Part shown: positions 61,723 to 64,000 of the stretch, one piece after another | Layout of the letters: each line of letters opens with the position of its first letter | How positions within the stretch are numbered: the stretch's first letter is position 1 | From: Candidatus Poribacteria bacterium | Lineage (GTDB): Bacteria > Poribacteria > WGA-4E > WGA-3G | Direction: 5' to 3' | Length of the DNA: 64,000 nt | NCBI GenBank assembly: GCA_965214095.1 | Contig: OZ243938.1 | Coordinates: 1,056,001 to 1,120,000 of the forward strand | Translations under genes and position numbers: made by a program | Notes under the pieces: generated by a model | Database searches by the model: none | Told to the model about the DNA's origin: nothing | Seen by the model: only the letters and a program-made list of their open reading frames with translations

Positions 61723-62130
61723 TATAGTAAACTTTAGATTTTATTTTTATTGCGTTGTAACAACAAATTCCTCCGAGGAAATCAAACATGGGGATCGTAA
61801 ATGTATTATAACTGGAACGAGTGATAATCAAAGGTGTACTGTAGGAAAGGAATTTTCAACGTCTGGCAAATACTCCACGTGTGAAACCGAAGACTGGGGT
61901 ATTAAATTTAATTAAAACGGGATGATTAAGTTTTCATATAGCACACGTGAATTCAACATATATGTTTAGTCACGGTTATGTACCCGCGTTTTTGAGGATA
62001 ATTAATCTTGGGTTTCCAAGAAGATGCGGGTACTATCTATAACATGAGTTCGATGTAAGAAATACCTTTTGATAAATAGAGAACTTCTATAGATTTATTA
62101 AAGTGTCCCAATAATATCAAAGTTTACTAT
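61723..62130. mobile_element. MITE-like element with ATAGTAAACTTT inverted ends
   Basis: 12-bp perfect inverted ends; the right end resembles the left end of 55850-55986 over ~30 bp. Confidence 0.6.
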
Positions 62131-62170
62131 TACGATCACACTCATATTTTTAATTTATACTAAGAGATTT

Positions 62171-63259
62171 ATGAAGTTTCAAACCTACATTTTATTCTTA
62201 GTCTTATTATCGTTGTTTAGCATCAGATTAGGAGAGACAGAAATGGAATCAAAAACATTGATCAAACTGTTAAACTATTCCAATACTCTTGTCCAAAATG
62301 GAGAGATTAGATTTGTCAACTATTCACATTTTCCGACACATCCAGATGATATCGGGAAAGAACACGGTAAATTAATAGCAAACTGGGAGAGACAGTTGAG
62401 GGAGAACCCTCCAAAAAGTAAAAATCCAACGGCACTCCGGAAGACGATTTTAGGATACCTTGAAGAGGAAAAAAAGTATGGCGAGTTTCGCGAGACAAAA
62501 GAGTTTTTTACTTTTTTGGAAGGAAACCTCATATTTCAGAAACATCCTCAATTTACTTACCGAATGGAGGTTATTTCTCGATTCGAAAACTATCCATCTC
62601 TCGGTTCAATGCGCTTCTTTAATGGAGTAGGTCTATACTGTGTATTTTCAAATTCAAATGGGACTGATAGTTTTCTGTGGAGTCCGCCAAATCAATTTGC
62701 AATAGATAGACGAGTAAGTCGTTTTGAAGAATATGAAGAAGAAACCATCCATGTTCAGGTGTCAGATGCGAGCGAGATACTGCCTGATTTCTTAATTGAT
62801 GAGTCAAAATCTGAGATTCGCACATTAGAAAAAAATACTACTTCACACGACTATATCATTACATACTATTTTAATGAAGAAAATAGGCTTATTTTATACG
62901 TTAGGATTAAATCGGGTTTGCCAGAGATATACCGTCTAGAACATTACTATAAGGGAGAATCACCACAGTCGGATGCAGACGGGTTTTGGCTGGGGAGAGT
63001 AAGAATGTACCGTGATTTTGAGTGGGTTGAAACATTAAACATCTCTGTCCCCAAAGTACGTGAGGAGCATCAATTTCGTCGAGATGATGGATTTTTGCGA
63101 TATCATCGCATTATGATAATACAAGAGATGGATTTTAATCTTGATCTTCCACCTAACTTTTTTGATTGTGAAAAAACTGAACTCACGGATGACAATGATA
63201 AACACGAGGAAAATAGAAATGGTGTAAAAAAAGAAGAACCTCAGGAAACTCAGAAGTAA
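62171..63259 (+). CDS. Hypothetical exported protein
   Basis: Signal peptide; beta-rich; ends DFNLDLPPNFF plus a charged tail. Confidence 0.75.
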   Translation: MKFQTYILFLVLLSLFSIRLGETEMESKTLIKLLNYSNTLVQNGEIRFVNYSHFPTHPDDIGKEHGKLIANWERQLRENPPKSKNPTALRKTILGYLEEEKKYGEFRETKEFFTFLEGNLIFQKHPQFTYRMEVISRFENYPSLGSMRFFNGVGLYCVFSNSNGTDSFLWSPPNQFAIDRRVSRFEEYEEETIHVQVSDASEILPDFLIDESKSEIRTLEKNTTSHDYIITYYFNEENRLILYVRIKSGLPEIYRLEHYYKGESPQSDADGFWLGRVRMYRDFEWVETLNISVPKVREEHQFRRDDGFLRYHRIMIIQEMDFNLDLPPNFFDCEKTELTDDNDKHEENRNGVKKEEPQETQK

Positions 63260-63324
63260 ATTAACAGATGAAACATTTCTACACTCTGTAGTGTCTTTAC
63301 CGTAATTTGGATAGGAGTCCATAA

Positions 63325-64000
63325 ATGCATTACTATTCTATATTTTTAATATTTCTTGCACTATACAGTAGCATTTCGTTGTTGCAAGGATGCACTTCTC
63401 ATCACGATCCTAAAGTCGTTTTTCCGAAACGGGAACATCAATTTCCAGAACCTTTCATTGTCGGTTCAGAGATCGTCACTACCTTTACTTTTACCAACGA
63501 AGGAAACGCGCCATTGCACATTCAAAAGATTGATTCAGATTGTGGATGTGTCGCGACGAATACCTCTGCGGATAAGATTTCTCCGGGCGATAAAGGTAAA
63601 ATTCGGGTAGCAGTTGAGCGGGATGTAGGTGGGTTCAGTCAAAACGTGTTTGTCTTCACGGATGATCCTGCAACACCGATAGTTCGGTTAAAAGTTTCTG
63701 GGATTATTCTGCTGCCTGTAGCATATCCGAAGAAAATTGCATTAGGGCAACTTGAAAAAGGAGCGTCAGTCTCTAAAAAGGTTACACTTACAAATAACTT
63801 GGAGAACGCAGTTGAGATAGTCAAACACACGGTGAGTAATAAAAGCATCGCTATCACGCTACGTAAAAAAAGTATCCCCGCAGGCGAGAGTATAGAATGT
63901 GAAGCAGTCTTAACGATGAATGATGTCGGTTTGTATAGTGAGTCACTAACGATTGCCGCACAAGCACAAGAGATATTCCCTGGGACAGATTCAAAGGAAT
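63325..64000 (+). CDS. DUF1573-domain putative lipoprotein (3' end outside window; absent from the ORF track)
   Basis: Manual translation from ATG 63325 (aggag RBS): MHYYSIFL...LLQGC lipobox, FTFTNEGNAPLHIQKIDSDCGC, ISPGDKGKI; open to the window end. Confidence 0.82.
   Translation, partial: MHYYSIFLIFLALYSSISLLQGCTSHHDPKVVFPKREHQFPEPFIVGSEIVTTFTFTNEGNAPLHIQKIDSDCGCVATNTSADKISPGDKGKIRVAVERDVGGFSQNVFVFTDDPATPIVRLKVSGIILLPVAYPKKIALGQLEKGASVSKKVTLTNNLENAVEIVKHTVSNKSIAITLRKKSIPAGESIECEAVLTMNDVGLYSESLTIAAQAQEIFPGTDSKE

Overview
Bacterial chromosomal window, most likely Candidatus Poribacteria or a close relative. This is inferred from repeated YPNPFNPETWIPYQL and (K/R)LTxxWxxLK C-terminal tags, cadherin/LRR/lamin-tail secreted proteins and three Gfo/Idh/MocA genes. 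It holds unlinked housekeeping and metabolic genes (purH, gatB, pepP, ftsZ, thiO, orphan ABC ATPases), an MvaI-like restriction-modification cassette with a second methyltransferase, and an ECF sigma/ZAS anti-sigma pair. It also holds a 1127-aa degenerate primase-polymerase/helicase/wHTH protein and several large secreted modular proteins (1-3503, 37149-54106, 58549-60396). Intergenic DNA is dense with GTAG-type REP-like hairpins, often inside TATAGT..ACTATA-ended MITE-like elements. Best leads: (1) the anti-sigma factor ends in the same tail motif as two secreted lamin-tail proteins, a possible secretion-sensing ECF system; (2) VLR-like LRR arrays and loop-variable cadherins; (3) mosaic REP/MITE cassettes, some of whose ends create -10 boxes; (4) a duplicated 11-bp/39-bp/11-bp inverted-repeat promoter element; (5) the degenerate prim-pol-helicase. 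No CRISPR array, tRNA, rRNA, transposase or reverse transcriptase was seen. All calls are by eye; no database search was run.
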